A stretch of 64,000 nt of DNA, taken from positions 32,584 through 96,583 of IMG/VR virus record IMGVR_UViG_3300034683_000092. The stretch is one strand, 5' to 3'. Position 1 is the stretch's first letter. Each line of letters opens with the position of its first letter. Source of the stretch: a virus. A program made the translations under genes and the position numbers. A model generated the notes under the pieces. The model saw only the letters and a program-made list of their open reading frames with translations. It did not search any database and had not been told where the DNA came from. Of this stretch, positions 40,101 to 48,800 are shown in pieces.

Positions 40101-42867
40101 ACTCTCCTTTAAACTCTATAATTTTATCATCTCCAAATGGATTCCTAAGCACTATACCGTTGTGTTGATAGTAATCGTATATTTGGCTTATACCTTTTGT
40201 GAATATATTGTTTTTAAAGAAATCAAGTTTCATAAATGGCATCTCAAGACTACCTAATAACGGAAATTTTCTAGCATATGTAGCAAATGGCCTCATTTGA
40301 AACAATGTATTAAAAACTCTATTACCCCAAGATGCATTAGATATAGTATATCGCTTTTTCCCCTTTGCATCCCTATAAGAACCAGACTTAGCTGTTTCGC
40401 CATATCCTTCAAACAATGATGACATATGTTCTAAGAAAGATCCCTCATCTTCTAATATACGCTCCATGAAGTCATTAAATGAAATATCCTCTCCTTCTTT
40501 CTCTGCCTCCTCTGCATCTATTTGTTTATCTCCTTCTCTAGCTTCGTTCTCATCAGTTTTTAGTATTCTTTCTATAAAGAAATAAATATCTTCTGCTGCT
40601 AATGTATAAGATGAATCTATTACATCACCAACCAATGTGGCTGGTTTTAATTTAGATATATTGAAGCCTAGATTTTCTAGGAATCTTTTAGATATATTGT
40701 ATGAAGATAAATCATCTTTTCTTTTACGTAAAATCTCTATAGTCTTTAGTTCTTCTCTTAAAAAGTCCTTAAATTCAGACGCAGAATTAAATTTAGATGC
40801 TAAAAGAGATTTAAATTTACGAATAAATGTATAATCTTTACTAGAGTTTGCCCCCTTTTTATATCTAAACTTTCTGTTTCCGTAATCTTGAGATTGTTCA
40901 GCTATTAGTAGTTTAGACTCTTTCATAGAGTTAAACGTAGAGAATATCTCTGAAAACAAATTCTTAGCGTTAACAGAATGCATTATTCCATAAACATCTT
41001 GATTTTCATCTATTGGATTAGCCAAGCCTTTCTTTGCTAATTCATTTACAGCGTTTATGTATCGTTCTACAAAGTCAAAAGTAGATTCTTTGCTTCTTCT
41101 GTATAACACTAAAGATCCATCTGTTTTCGCTTTGTTAAGAGTGTTTTTAGACGAATCCTTATTAGCATTACCTTTGTTATAAGCTAATATAGAAATACGA
41201 CCGTCTTCTCCATAGAAAGCAGAGATGTCTTTACGCATCTTCTCGTATTTTTTAGTCTTATGATATTCACCATAGTCATCATCTATTGATTTAATATACG
41301 CATCTATTAGTCTTTTAGCGAGTACAACATCGTCTCTTTTTGCGTATCTTTCATCAGTGAATAATCTCCCAATTAATCTATCATTACCTACTATTAAATT
41401 AGAAAGTCTAGATTCTATCTGTTTAATAAAATCTCCATTTGGATCTAGCCCTTCTAGCAATTGGAATGTTTTAAAAAATGCGAATCTTGGATTTACAAGC
41501 CTTCCCTTTTTGTCATTATAGATAGCACCTAAGAATTGTTTTACTTTATCAAATATCTTGGATTCTCTATCAACCTTGCTTGAATTTGCCTCAAAGGCTC
41601 CTTCTACTCCAATTTTATCAGCACCCTCTGCCTCTTCTAGTAAGTCGTCAAAAGATTCTAATTCCCCCTCGTCTACTTCATCATCTATCTCTTGCTGTTC
41701 GAGAGATTCGTCTTCTTCTTCTAAATCCTGCTCGAATTGCTCTGAGCTTTTAAATCTAATAGGCTTTTTACTAGGGAATATATCTTTTAATATTTTATTG
41801 TAAACAGAATTAGACTTAGACACATTTGGGTCTGACACAACAGCTTCAAGCATTTTAAATCTAGCACTAGATTTAATTTTAAGAGCGCCAACTCTCAGTA
41901 GATCAAGGGTTAATACCTGCCCGTTATTTAAAGTTATATCTTTACCAGTACGCTCTATTATTGACTCAGCCTTTTTGTACTCTGCAAGCTTTCGACAAAA
42001 CAGTTTGTATTCAGAAGATAGCGTGTTTAATATGTATGTAAGGATTTCATTGTCATCCATTTGCATCCCGCTTTCTGGATCACCATTATTATATAGATTA
42101 CTATATTGTAATGTGATTTCCTTTTTGATCTCTCTATACACATCATAAACACCAAACACCTCTATAATACCCTTGAAATTCCTTTCTCCAGTGAATTCAT
42201 TTTGCTTAACAGAAAAAACTCCAGCATCCATTAAATCGAAATAATTGTCTATCATTTTTCTGTTAGACAATAAATTTCTAATAAGCTTTTTAATCTTATT
42301 TATTATAGCGCTAAATATAGACTCTGATGGCTTATCTTTTTTATTTTGATATTCAAAGGCTAGCATTTCCTCTACAGCAATAGATCTTTGCTCATCACTC
42401 ATCATATCTAATGATGCTTTTAGATCGTTGCTGGCTGAATTGTAATAAGCGTTATATAAATTAGCTCTGTCTTTTTGAGATAGATATTCATTATATATCT
42501 TATGAAAAGCCTCATGTCTCAAAGCCGCTTTATCAACGACGCCATTGTTTGATTCTATTTCTATAATACCATCTATAAATCTACTTCTTGACTCTTTATC
42601 AGAAGAGTTCATTTCATTTGCTATAAACGAATAGAATCCATCAGATTCATTTTTAAATACAGATTTAAGCCAGCTTATAGCTTGCGATATGTTCATCTCT
42701 TTATCTAGAGATAGTTCTTGTGTAGACAGAATAGAGATTGCTTCATTAAGAGTAGGGATATTATCCCCACTCTTTATATACAAAGCATAAGCTATTGTTT
42801 CTCCATACTGCGCTACTAAATCTTTCCAAGCCTTAGATGACTTGTTTGGACATTTTAATGCACTCAT
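31174..42867 (-). CDS. Virion-packaged two-barrel RNA polymerase polyprotein (crAss-like) with zincin-like and PD-(D/E)xK domains
   Basis: GSDFDVD (38068-38082) preceded by GLRIP; DGMGFITP; HEAFH (~42510); HELIH...EFVSE (~35255); GSVDL...YDFKTG...LQLAFY (~34030-34240). Confidence 0.88.
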   Translation of the reverse strand: MSALKCPNKSSKAWKDLVAQYGETIAYALYIKSGDNIPTLNEAISILSTQELSLDKEMNISQAISWLKSVFKNESDGFYSFIANEMNSSDKESRSRFIDGIIEIESNNGVVDKAALRHEAFHKIYNEYLSQKDRANLYNAYYNSASNDLKASLDMMSDEQRSIAVEEMLAFEYQNKKDKPSESIFSAIINKIKKLIRNLLSNRKMIDNYFDLMDAGVFSVKQNEFTGERNFKGIIEVFGVYDVYREIKKEITLQYSNLYNNGDPESGMQMDDNEILTYILNTLSSEYKLFCRKLAEYKKAESIIERTGKDITLNNGQVLTLDLLRVGALKIKSSARFKMLEAVVSDPNVSKSNSVYNKILKDIFPSKKPIRFKSSEQFEQDLEEEDESLEQQEIDDEVDEGELESFDDLLEEAEGADKIGVEGAFEANSSKVDRESKIFDKVKQFLGAIYNDKKGRLVNPRFAFFKTFQLLEGLDPNGDFIKQIESRLSNLIVGNDRLIGRLFTDERYAKRDDVVLAKRLIDAYIKSIDDDYGEYHKTKKYEKMRKDISAFYGEDGRISILAYNKGNANKDSSKNTLNKAKTDGSLVLYRRSKESTFDFVERYINAVNELAKKGLANPIDENQDVYGIMHSVNAKNLFSEIFSTFNSMKESKLLIAEQSQDYGNRKFRYKKGANSSKDYTFIRKFKSLLASKFNSASEFKDFLREELKTIEILRKRKDDLSSYNISKRFLENLGFNISKLKPATLVGDVIDSSYTLAAEDIYFFIERILKTDENEAREGDKQIDAEEAEKEGEDISFNDFMERILEDEGSFLEHMSSLFEGYGETAKSGSYRDAKGKKRYTISNASWGNRVFNTLFQMRPFATYARKFPLLGSLEMPFMKLDFFKNNIFTKGISQIYDYYQHNGIVLRNPFGDDKIIEFKGESFETFIAREFQAGFIDQLRRYPNEPKYWQFIYVKSNRPDTEAAQVAMKPEPWIIGRIFPALYEQYLSQNLAHESSIKGFKVDSFVNMKALEEALKAVFGEEYKSILRNDIANNTNSLKEALKNTKNKDRFDKAINDFFDKMADSLASKMIEDGISLDEDFIKITKRFTGVEFSSKELGQMHINNKGKLRQTKADIGNNRKEVLLPLVKLFVMNHYVNSYSVTQLATGNHNYYGNAIKETKRMSLVYAPGTSLNMNDNRVEKESKVLVMQDVKFGDEYRMQRLDRLIKPHLDKEDKESWDNIKKEILEKYSDGTIDYADGMGFITPERYEQIKFGLGESYNLGIIGKPVYFSVDKDGIPRSVKYSWVVLTDKLCEGSKELSNLRDMMNANGYREAVFESAMKTGIPKGDMITFEEATSGDVEAANNKASVMIDNAHYRMQLNPMHDVEDNIVAYPSQLVYFLNILGHNVERAVKVYNATANLILEGRKKVLSELVSNGNIDKTKAKEVIQTKLEGGTDDNIYDMLKNGISINFPAIVQKSISQMSSYITRNTVGIKFNGGKLVLQAAVGIKRPDGKELSYNSFTVAGKNTIVADAMISRSAAKKMIGKEAFEQMESDIANGKPARLLFANGDALGLRIPSSEMHSAVVLNIVGFHENKGNGVIVPKDVVELHGSDFDVDSLFVLFRDPIRDEDGNTVDYTYNEEAGVFEFNELSEEQISELDYEDAIKHYKNIVIEGMLEAFSDENNLKRMMTPISMSNLRDQINRINAIRGVKSASDDLDLSSILDKFKVHQSSFNGVLGTGIFALGMKSLSYLSRAGENHSSPKIELADNYVQLNIDGVKYDTLTSEPVKFEIADSLINAAIDNVKEQILPYLNLNENTIPSLLAMLSVNGLSEDFAFNMMSQPIIKIIADTKGISRDAGYNEAVFIMNALLDKAGANKKFSDVTFDTFDSNFLTNGILALDNMDSLRSLLSKDILSAKEIEFITEQAAVLNLFRTFRHMGDSLSLFSKMLSTLKSLPSNQMLIEDVIDTVNEVLSSNEEGVLVTKKSFPYKIDNILSSLPHLEQSLGALTDANTINESVFFKHSKIVKAFVDSVLKSNLLDLKSDSKTNHLMREELVQYLINGVQWDSKFEGYNSIKPYPVTVTYRKNGKKHTVKRNLTGKDAFNNHFVDKVTAVSQWLEENGKTHVRFMNELTTSTKRDGTKEIRMPGSPEFKVEDIQELQYTFEILGQLEVVEDENGEFKVIKRTDFSDRYTEFQKDFVRYGVNTFGMSFGATNYSLALPSDLYKSLSDGFESVISNISNENLTNIRDRFILEFAINNPSSVRSLKKEMAPVKKGGLFNGTDAINGDPINYDIKFNTPADESETGLPTLIKRSSNRTDSIYVKSAEANGYTYYQKAGTSKGSKIYNFDTRMLDTKYSIVGSPLFSPNVKAISVDDTSKSSFNVSQFEINGIETAKTNKNSIFVLVDYKDSTREKAVPVVVKSAANGVVKVEKVDGAPFVSDSEVEPEFVDALLNGFRYYAKYVGKAFKSSIIVKDILSVGTEAQKAIVKRLTNDISLNPNVRFVSSEEMRDITNGEDHIAFYDSTNDVILINKDKSVIYNQKLFSEIFMHELIHAASYKRLQKMLQLEKKGLLSEADKKTLDELRKAFEEAKNKVGDAYAFENLHEFVSETLSNSEFQKALKRESLFSKVVNFIKRMFGVKPKSVLDNAMNASFNIIEGTSEYESYNLEKAEFVPLPMADSSSRIFAGGYRIDEFSNSSQNIFKEGDSVSVEMKEVDGRDEQTEFYIDKSSGDRYRRVTYGPKSLMTSANPFFKEHEKTYAESKAEALWGDNPRSITLLSDISNKPVTFEDYIKEVDTVLNKSRGKGLILHLMNEYALATSEEERAEIRSKIRDVEASTAVDSTRYNWFLEKIDKIYKALGINFFSDSIPDDLRDKPVPEVHIKSDLLGYAGSVDLMVEHADTYSDSDGNVIGNFVSIYDFKTGNNMADKIGTFIMNHGDQIKTITNSPLDKAKLQLAFYAVIMKLENPTIRFRDLKVAYAANEYSAVVNNPNTSVEVEAFIPMVEQLLKDKEVLEELGLPLDVHAKMIEKSKDVFNTGHYSHSSNYKAEDAILSGKSGRRTLKEINRSISILEQRLKLPEVANNPSELMRVRSLISELLREKHKFDTDFDGVALNIAASEDTGIVSSFLGNIKDSKNPVIQNIVKMYTIAKETFRKATMKKLSNIKKLTDDLRKEYISKRSISEMVEADYTGMYEQLLKEAEIPNIGLVQRLILETDDEWNSLSDVQKAFIKEYVSIMDSYFIGNDALANQVAVTTPNGKAYSNLEVRNALSTSEKFVYYKGFFPKTRARNIDLHKKYGNGNSLVGRFSATNIKREILESMSFHDENLFDEYDNDDIAIPLKYLGNTSINSKRFYSMNLADSLGQFVEWSEYKREMDDVYSYAQAVRQEMLALGESGIHSLHGKFKSDISLIERFSNRVIRRVNKSQGIMGETKIALGTHPVTGQQIFLSPEQTMRKLNRWSSATIMWARPFGAAGNAIVGHLTTFLSALSYSWATKFLGVKMTDYKASTVLAAWKEFTAMSGRVMSGGKLENEKLWLFMDLLGMHDGEVRGWRDRQTMALRERTSAGEFMMGLHSFGEMSISMTTVASVLKNMKLEDGRSMWDAYKIVDGQLVYDGPLRGVTYDSNGNREEVKDLTPMEIGRIRRIHERTQGGYKNEEMSGMEMTAFGQFAISLKKYFPRIIMNLIQSKHNDITLGEYEQVGLEKDGTPILKWTPRKGVNGKLRILFPLMLDFFGGTAKSIAMFSTEGYRPMIKRWESLSDEEKVSLVHFMNTTMSFFMAYAIYGFMFKDNDDDDTMKKWWYTYMMMNVSQQYNPVDILNTGKSFLEPVAVTRAYKSLEAASKMFVAGVDIAINNGQDAYTQRGDLRGWVEFRKSIPYMSSYYDFASKLEKSGFIDDDTQLSDLTGLFR

Positions 42868-42871
42868 ATTT

Positions 42872-45800
42872 TTAACATTTTTTCTTTCTATCCTCAGCGT
42901 TGTTTATTTCTGATTGATTGAATAAATTTTCTTGCAAAGATAATCCATTTTCTTCAGACATAAAGGCTTTTTCTGCTTCTGCAACATTTCCTGATAAATC
43001 ATCAAATAAAGAAGCTTCAATAAAATCATCATTTAAGTCCTCCTCAATTGAAATAGTTTTCTCTTGTACAGCTAAAGCATTAGTTTCTTTTTTGATTGAG
43101 GAGCCAGATTCTACTGATATACTGATTTCAGTAGGATTCACTTCAGATAAGTTAGTCATTAAATTAGATGAGATCTCTTTTATAAAATCAGACATTTCCT
43201 CGTCATTTAAGACGCCTTTTGAATCGTTCATATTTTTACTCATTGAATTATAATAGTTTCTATCTAATGGAATATTATTATTGTCATCAATAGATGATTC
43301 TAGCACATCAGTAGTTACTGTTTTTAATCCATTTGTCTCATATTCATCTAAAACAGCCGCCGCCTGGTCTATTGAGAATCCGCTGTTTATTAGCGATTGC
43401 TCAACTTTATCTCTATCAGATGAGAAATTAGGTAATTGATCCTCCTTTATTCCAGCTAATTCAGACAAGAACCTTTTAAATTTAAGTCCATACTTAACTT
43501 CGGTAGGCAATATTGGCTCTCCGTAAAATAAGAAATTCCTTTTTTCTCGTTCCGTTTCATTGGCCTGACGTCTATATCCTTCCATAGACTTATTTGACCT
43601 AACTAAATAGTCAAAACTTGTCTGAGCATTAGATGAATTCTTTTTTGAAATTCTCTTTGATTCAAGTTTTTTAAAGTCTGCCAATTGATTCTCATCGTCA
43701 GAGTTCATGTAGTATATAGAACCAACACCACTGCCTTCGTTGCCATAGCTGTATTTATATAAAATTCCGTTTACTGGAGAGCCAGGCATTGTTTGTATTG
43801 GCGATTTGTCTAGTATTGACTTAGTTAAATCTCTAACGCATCTAACCAACTGCACGTCATCTTTTGACTTAGAAAGACCAAGCTCTTCTGCTATAACGAC
43901 TGATGCGCCTTTGCTAAATATTTTACCAGATAAAAAACTTTTTCCAGTAAATATATCTATAAGCTGTAAATACATCGCTTCTTTATCTTTTGCTGTAGCG
44001 AGAAGATTGTATATACCTAAGAATGATTGTCTACTCAATGAAGGCAAATCCTTAGCATTTGAATATGCATTATAAGCTTCTTCTGCATCGTATTTATCTG
44101 ATATTAAATCAAATATATTACTTAATGCGCTATTGAATTGACCATTATAAACAGCTATTGATTCTGCAAATCCGTATTTATTAACTTCCTCGTCTATTGA
44201 CAAATCAGCTTTTGTTGAAACCATTGACTCGTCATATAAACTACTTAGAATGGTAGCTAGCTCTTTCTTGTGTAAATTATAAAATCCATTTAACTCATCA
44301 ACTGAATCATTAAATATTTCTTTTAAAAGTGTTTGTCCATATGAGTCAAAATGCTCAAACGAAATAACTCCATCTGGTAATGAGAATCCATTTGATTCAT
44401 TTAGTAATTTACTGAACTGATGTATAAAGTTGTTAAATTTTAAATTACCTAATTTGAAATCTTCGTTCATGAAATAAGTAGATATACTCTTAAACGAATT
44501 AGCTAAATCTGATATTATTGACTTAACGTTTAGATCACGACCGTTTTTACCTATTTTAGCTAAACCTGTATTAGACATCTTCTTTGCTGAAAGAGCTACA
44601 TATATTTGCTTTTTTGAATTAGGAATATTCAAAATCATATATACATGAGATCCAGAATATAATTTTTTAGTCTTTAATGCTTCATCTTCTAAGTCTTTGT
44701 TAGAAAATATTTTAAATCCAACTATGCTATTAGAATTAAACTCAACACCAAATGCATTAGATACTTTTTGAAGCACTCTACTTATCATGTTGCCATCGGT
44801 GTTTTCATCAAATGAATTCTCTGAATATACAAACTTTAACTTTTTAGGACTGCTAACTATTTTACCAGATATATTTTCTCCATTTAGTTTAATAAAAGCC
44901 GACTTGCTAATTTTATCTATATTCTTAACTTTTTCAATTGTTATAGAGTTTTTATCACCAGTTACTTCATCTGCTAAATTAAGCATTGCCACTTCAGCTT
45001 GGCTTAGCATGCCAACATTTACTAGGTCGCCATTTTGCTTTTTAGCATATACTCCAATCATCATTTTACCATTCTTGTTTACCCTCAAGAATACTAATTC
45101 TGCACCTTTTTTAACTGGACTATCTACGCTATCTATTATACTTGAAGACGTTGGGTGTTCCATTTTAAATGAGACTACATTACCTTCTATATTTACACCA
45201 ACAATACTCTCATCAGATTGTTCTTCATCTGATAAATCCTCCTCTGGTATTAAAGAACCGTCGTCTAATACGTCTTCAAAGTCTTCGTTTAAATCCGCTT
45301 GAGCCTCTTCTACTTCTTCTCTAGCTTCATCTAGTTCAGCCTCTTCTTCTGTATTATTTACTAGTTTTTCTTCCGCTTTTTCCTCTTTAGTACGAGTAGC
45401 TTTTTTTGTAGAAGTTCCAGACAATACCTGTTTTTCAAATATTAAATCATCTGAATATACATTATAGTTGTTCTTGATAGATTTCTTAGACTCCTCAGCA
45501 GTGCTAGTTATAGATGATATAAACTTATTATCTCCAAACGGATAACTGCCGTCTGGCCTTTGGGCGTTATATATCAAAGCGTATTTTGTAGCTCTAGAAA
45601 TCATTGTATACATAGCTGTGTTGAATTCACTATCTTGCTTTTTCTGGTAAGATGCGAATCCATTTGGAGTTATATATACAAAGATGCTGTCAATAGTACG
45701 ACCTTGCATGTCTTTATAAAATACAAACTCATATCTACTTGGATCTACATCAGCAAAAGCCCTTGTTAACGAATTTAACTCATCTTGTGTATTATAAACA

Positions 45801-48800
45801 ATAGTTGCTTTTGCTACTGATTTGTTATTTAATAACGTGTTTATTTGGTCTACAAAAGATGTTATAGATGAGACATTATGTACTCCTAATGGGTTGACAG
45901 CATTTGCGTCAAATAGATTAGCTGTGCATTTTGTATCTACACTATACCCAAGCTTTCTCTTTTTACCTTGAAAAGCATCTGCTGTCTCAGAGATTTCAAC
46001 AACATCGCTTCTGTATGGCACAATTAATGTAGGAGAATTCTCTATACCAAGCCCATTGCCGTTAAGTGCAAAATAACTATTTAACGGAGAACCGAGAGAA
46101 TCAAATGAAGCTGTTTTACTTATTTGGTTTGGGTCTCCAAGCATTAATAGTTTTACAGGTTTTAGACCAGTAGACTTTCTAGATTTATTTACTTCATCTA
46201 TTACGCTAGCTATACTATTTAATTCGTCCTTGCTAAGAAAAGCTGCTTCATCTACTACCAATAGTTTTACAGTATTTGGAATGTCTTCCTTAGAGATATT
46301 CAAAGATGCTTTAGGAGTTTCTATCTTTCTACCAGGAAATACTGTAGCATTTAAATCAATAGTATTACTTTCTGTGTTGCTAAAAGCTATTACTTCATTA
46401 TCTTTTAAATATCCAAGTTTAGATAATAGATTTAGCGTCCATTTAACTACTATTTTTGTTTTTCCAGTTCCAGCGATACCTTGAACAAACATAGCTCCAT
46501 CTAATCCATCAGGTCTGTTCTTATTCTTCAAAGACTTCTCGTCTTTACTAGGTCTTAGAAACCATTTTATTACACTATGGATTGCAATCCTTTGTTGCTT
46601 TGTTGGAGCTATAACTAATGAAGGGTTATTCTTTTTTGCGTCAGATAATAAACTTTCTTCTGCATCAACTGTTTTAGCTCTGTTAAAATCAGACCTCAGA
46701 TCGTTTGATAGATTAGTTAACTGCTGTGCCTTCTTTATTAAATAGATACTTTTTATAAATGCATTTGTTAATTCCGCATCATTTAAAATAGTATATATAC
46801 CAGACGCAACTTCTGCTTGCAAATCTAAGAGCAATCTATTTATGTCTAGCGTAGCCATATATTTTTCTAGAGCAGTAGATTTCTCTTCTGGTATATTGCC
46901 TGGTCGATTTGCGGTTCTTAAAAATGTAGTATATAAATCAACGGCTCCTCTAGATGGATTATATCCTATTATGTATTGAATAAAAGACGAGAACACTCTT
47001 AGTTCTTCTGGTACTGCTGAAGTACCCATACTGCGATAAATCAGACTACCATCTAATTCGTCAGGGACTTCATTTTGTAGTTCCTTAATCCTTTTGTCTA
47101 TCTGAGTTGAAATAAAGCTTTCTACATTCTCGTTTTCCTTTGCTAACTGAATTATTTTATCGTAGAATACAGAAGCCATAGGTCTATCATCTGTTCCAGA
47201 TAAAATAGAAAGTAAATTATTAGCCTCTTTCTCAGGTAGCAACTTTTTAAACTCGTCAAACAATTCAGCGTCTTCTACTACAAGCTTATCACCTTTTAAT
47301 GAAAGTCCTAGTGACTCTAATTTAGACACTGCGTCTTCTGATGCTAAAGTAGAATCCAATGCAGACTTATTTGCGCTATTTAATGATACCTGCTGATATA
47401 ATGCGTTTAACAGTTCTATTTGCTTTTCTAAATCATCTGCTATCGCATCAAATTCTGGCATTAGTGAAGAATATCTATTTCTATAAACAGACAATCTGCT
47501 TTTAGCCTTTTTTATTTCTCTATCTAAAGCTTGCTTGTCAGAGTATGTTTCTATTTCTGAATTTATTCTAGCAATATATTTGTTTAGTTCATCAATATAC
47601 TCTTTTGCAAATTGAACTTTTAGAAACACATCAAACGATTTAGCTTCTTTGTTTAGTTCTTCAAATTTTTGTTCTCTGTTTGCAATAGCGGTATCAAGCA
47701 ATGAAGCTGCTTTTTCTATGTCCATATACATGGATGAGTAATCATTTAATTGTGCTCTCAACTGGCTTATTCTTTGAAGGCCCATTTGAATCATTGATGG
47801 ATCCTGCTCGTTTGCTACCGATTCGTTTATGTCAGATAGTTCACGTTCTATTTCGTTCGATCTATTTAAAACATAGTCTTTCGCCTTTTGGACAATTGAT
47901 TTTCTAGGATAATCAAATTTGTCATCCCATGCTATAATTTCTGCATTCTCTAAGCCATAATTTAGAACATCAAAAGCGTTGTTTAATCCTTCATCTGAAT
48001 TTATATCATTTCCAATATTACTCATCTTTTCATATAAAGATGAAGTCATTACTCTTGACTTTCCAATGTTATAAATCCATTTATCTCTAAATCCTAGCTT
48101 TACTCCATTTATTATATCGTCTACGGATAAACCAGTTTTAATGAAGTCCAGACCGTACATTAAAGCATCCTTGCTTGTACCGTGAATAGCAATTGTTTCC
48201 TCTATTTCGTATCTTATATCCGAAAGCCTTTGATCGTTTTTGTACTTATTAGATATTTCTTCTTTTTTTGCATTTAAATCATCATTTATAGATTTTAAAG
48301 ATTCCGCTTTTTCTTCATCAGATTTTGATTCATCTAATTTAACCTCTTCTATTTTATCAGCATACTCTTTATCTAAAGCAAGCAATTTATCTTGTTCTTC
48401 TTTTGTCATGGCAGGCTTTGCAGACTCTTTGTTAAGCTCTAGCTTCAAAGCGTCAACCTTATTTAAATCCTGTTTAATGGCGTCAACTGCTTTTGTTACG
48501 CCTTCTTTTGTGCTTAATTCAGCTATTAGATTTGTTGACTCATCTTTTAATCCAGAGTATCTCGCTCGCTCTTCATCAGATTTAGCTCTTTCCATACCTC
48601 TAGAGAATACTTGCTCCTGTTGCATAGCATAGAATAGGGCCTTTTCTAAATAATATAAATAGCCACTATTTGAATTGTCAGTTAATAATGATGAATCAGT
48701 ATTGTCTGATATGATAGATTTAGCTTTAGTGTACTGCTCCATCATAGTGTCAAGAGAGGCTTTCAATTGATCTACTCTTTCTTGAGTTGTCTCATCTGGC

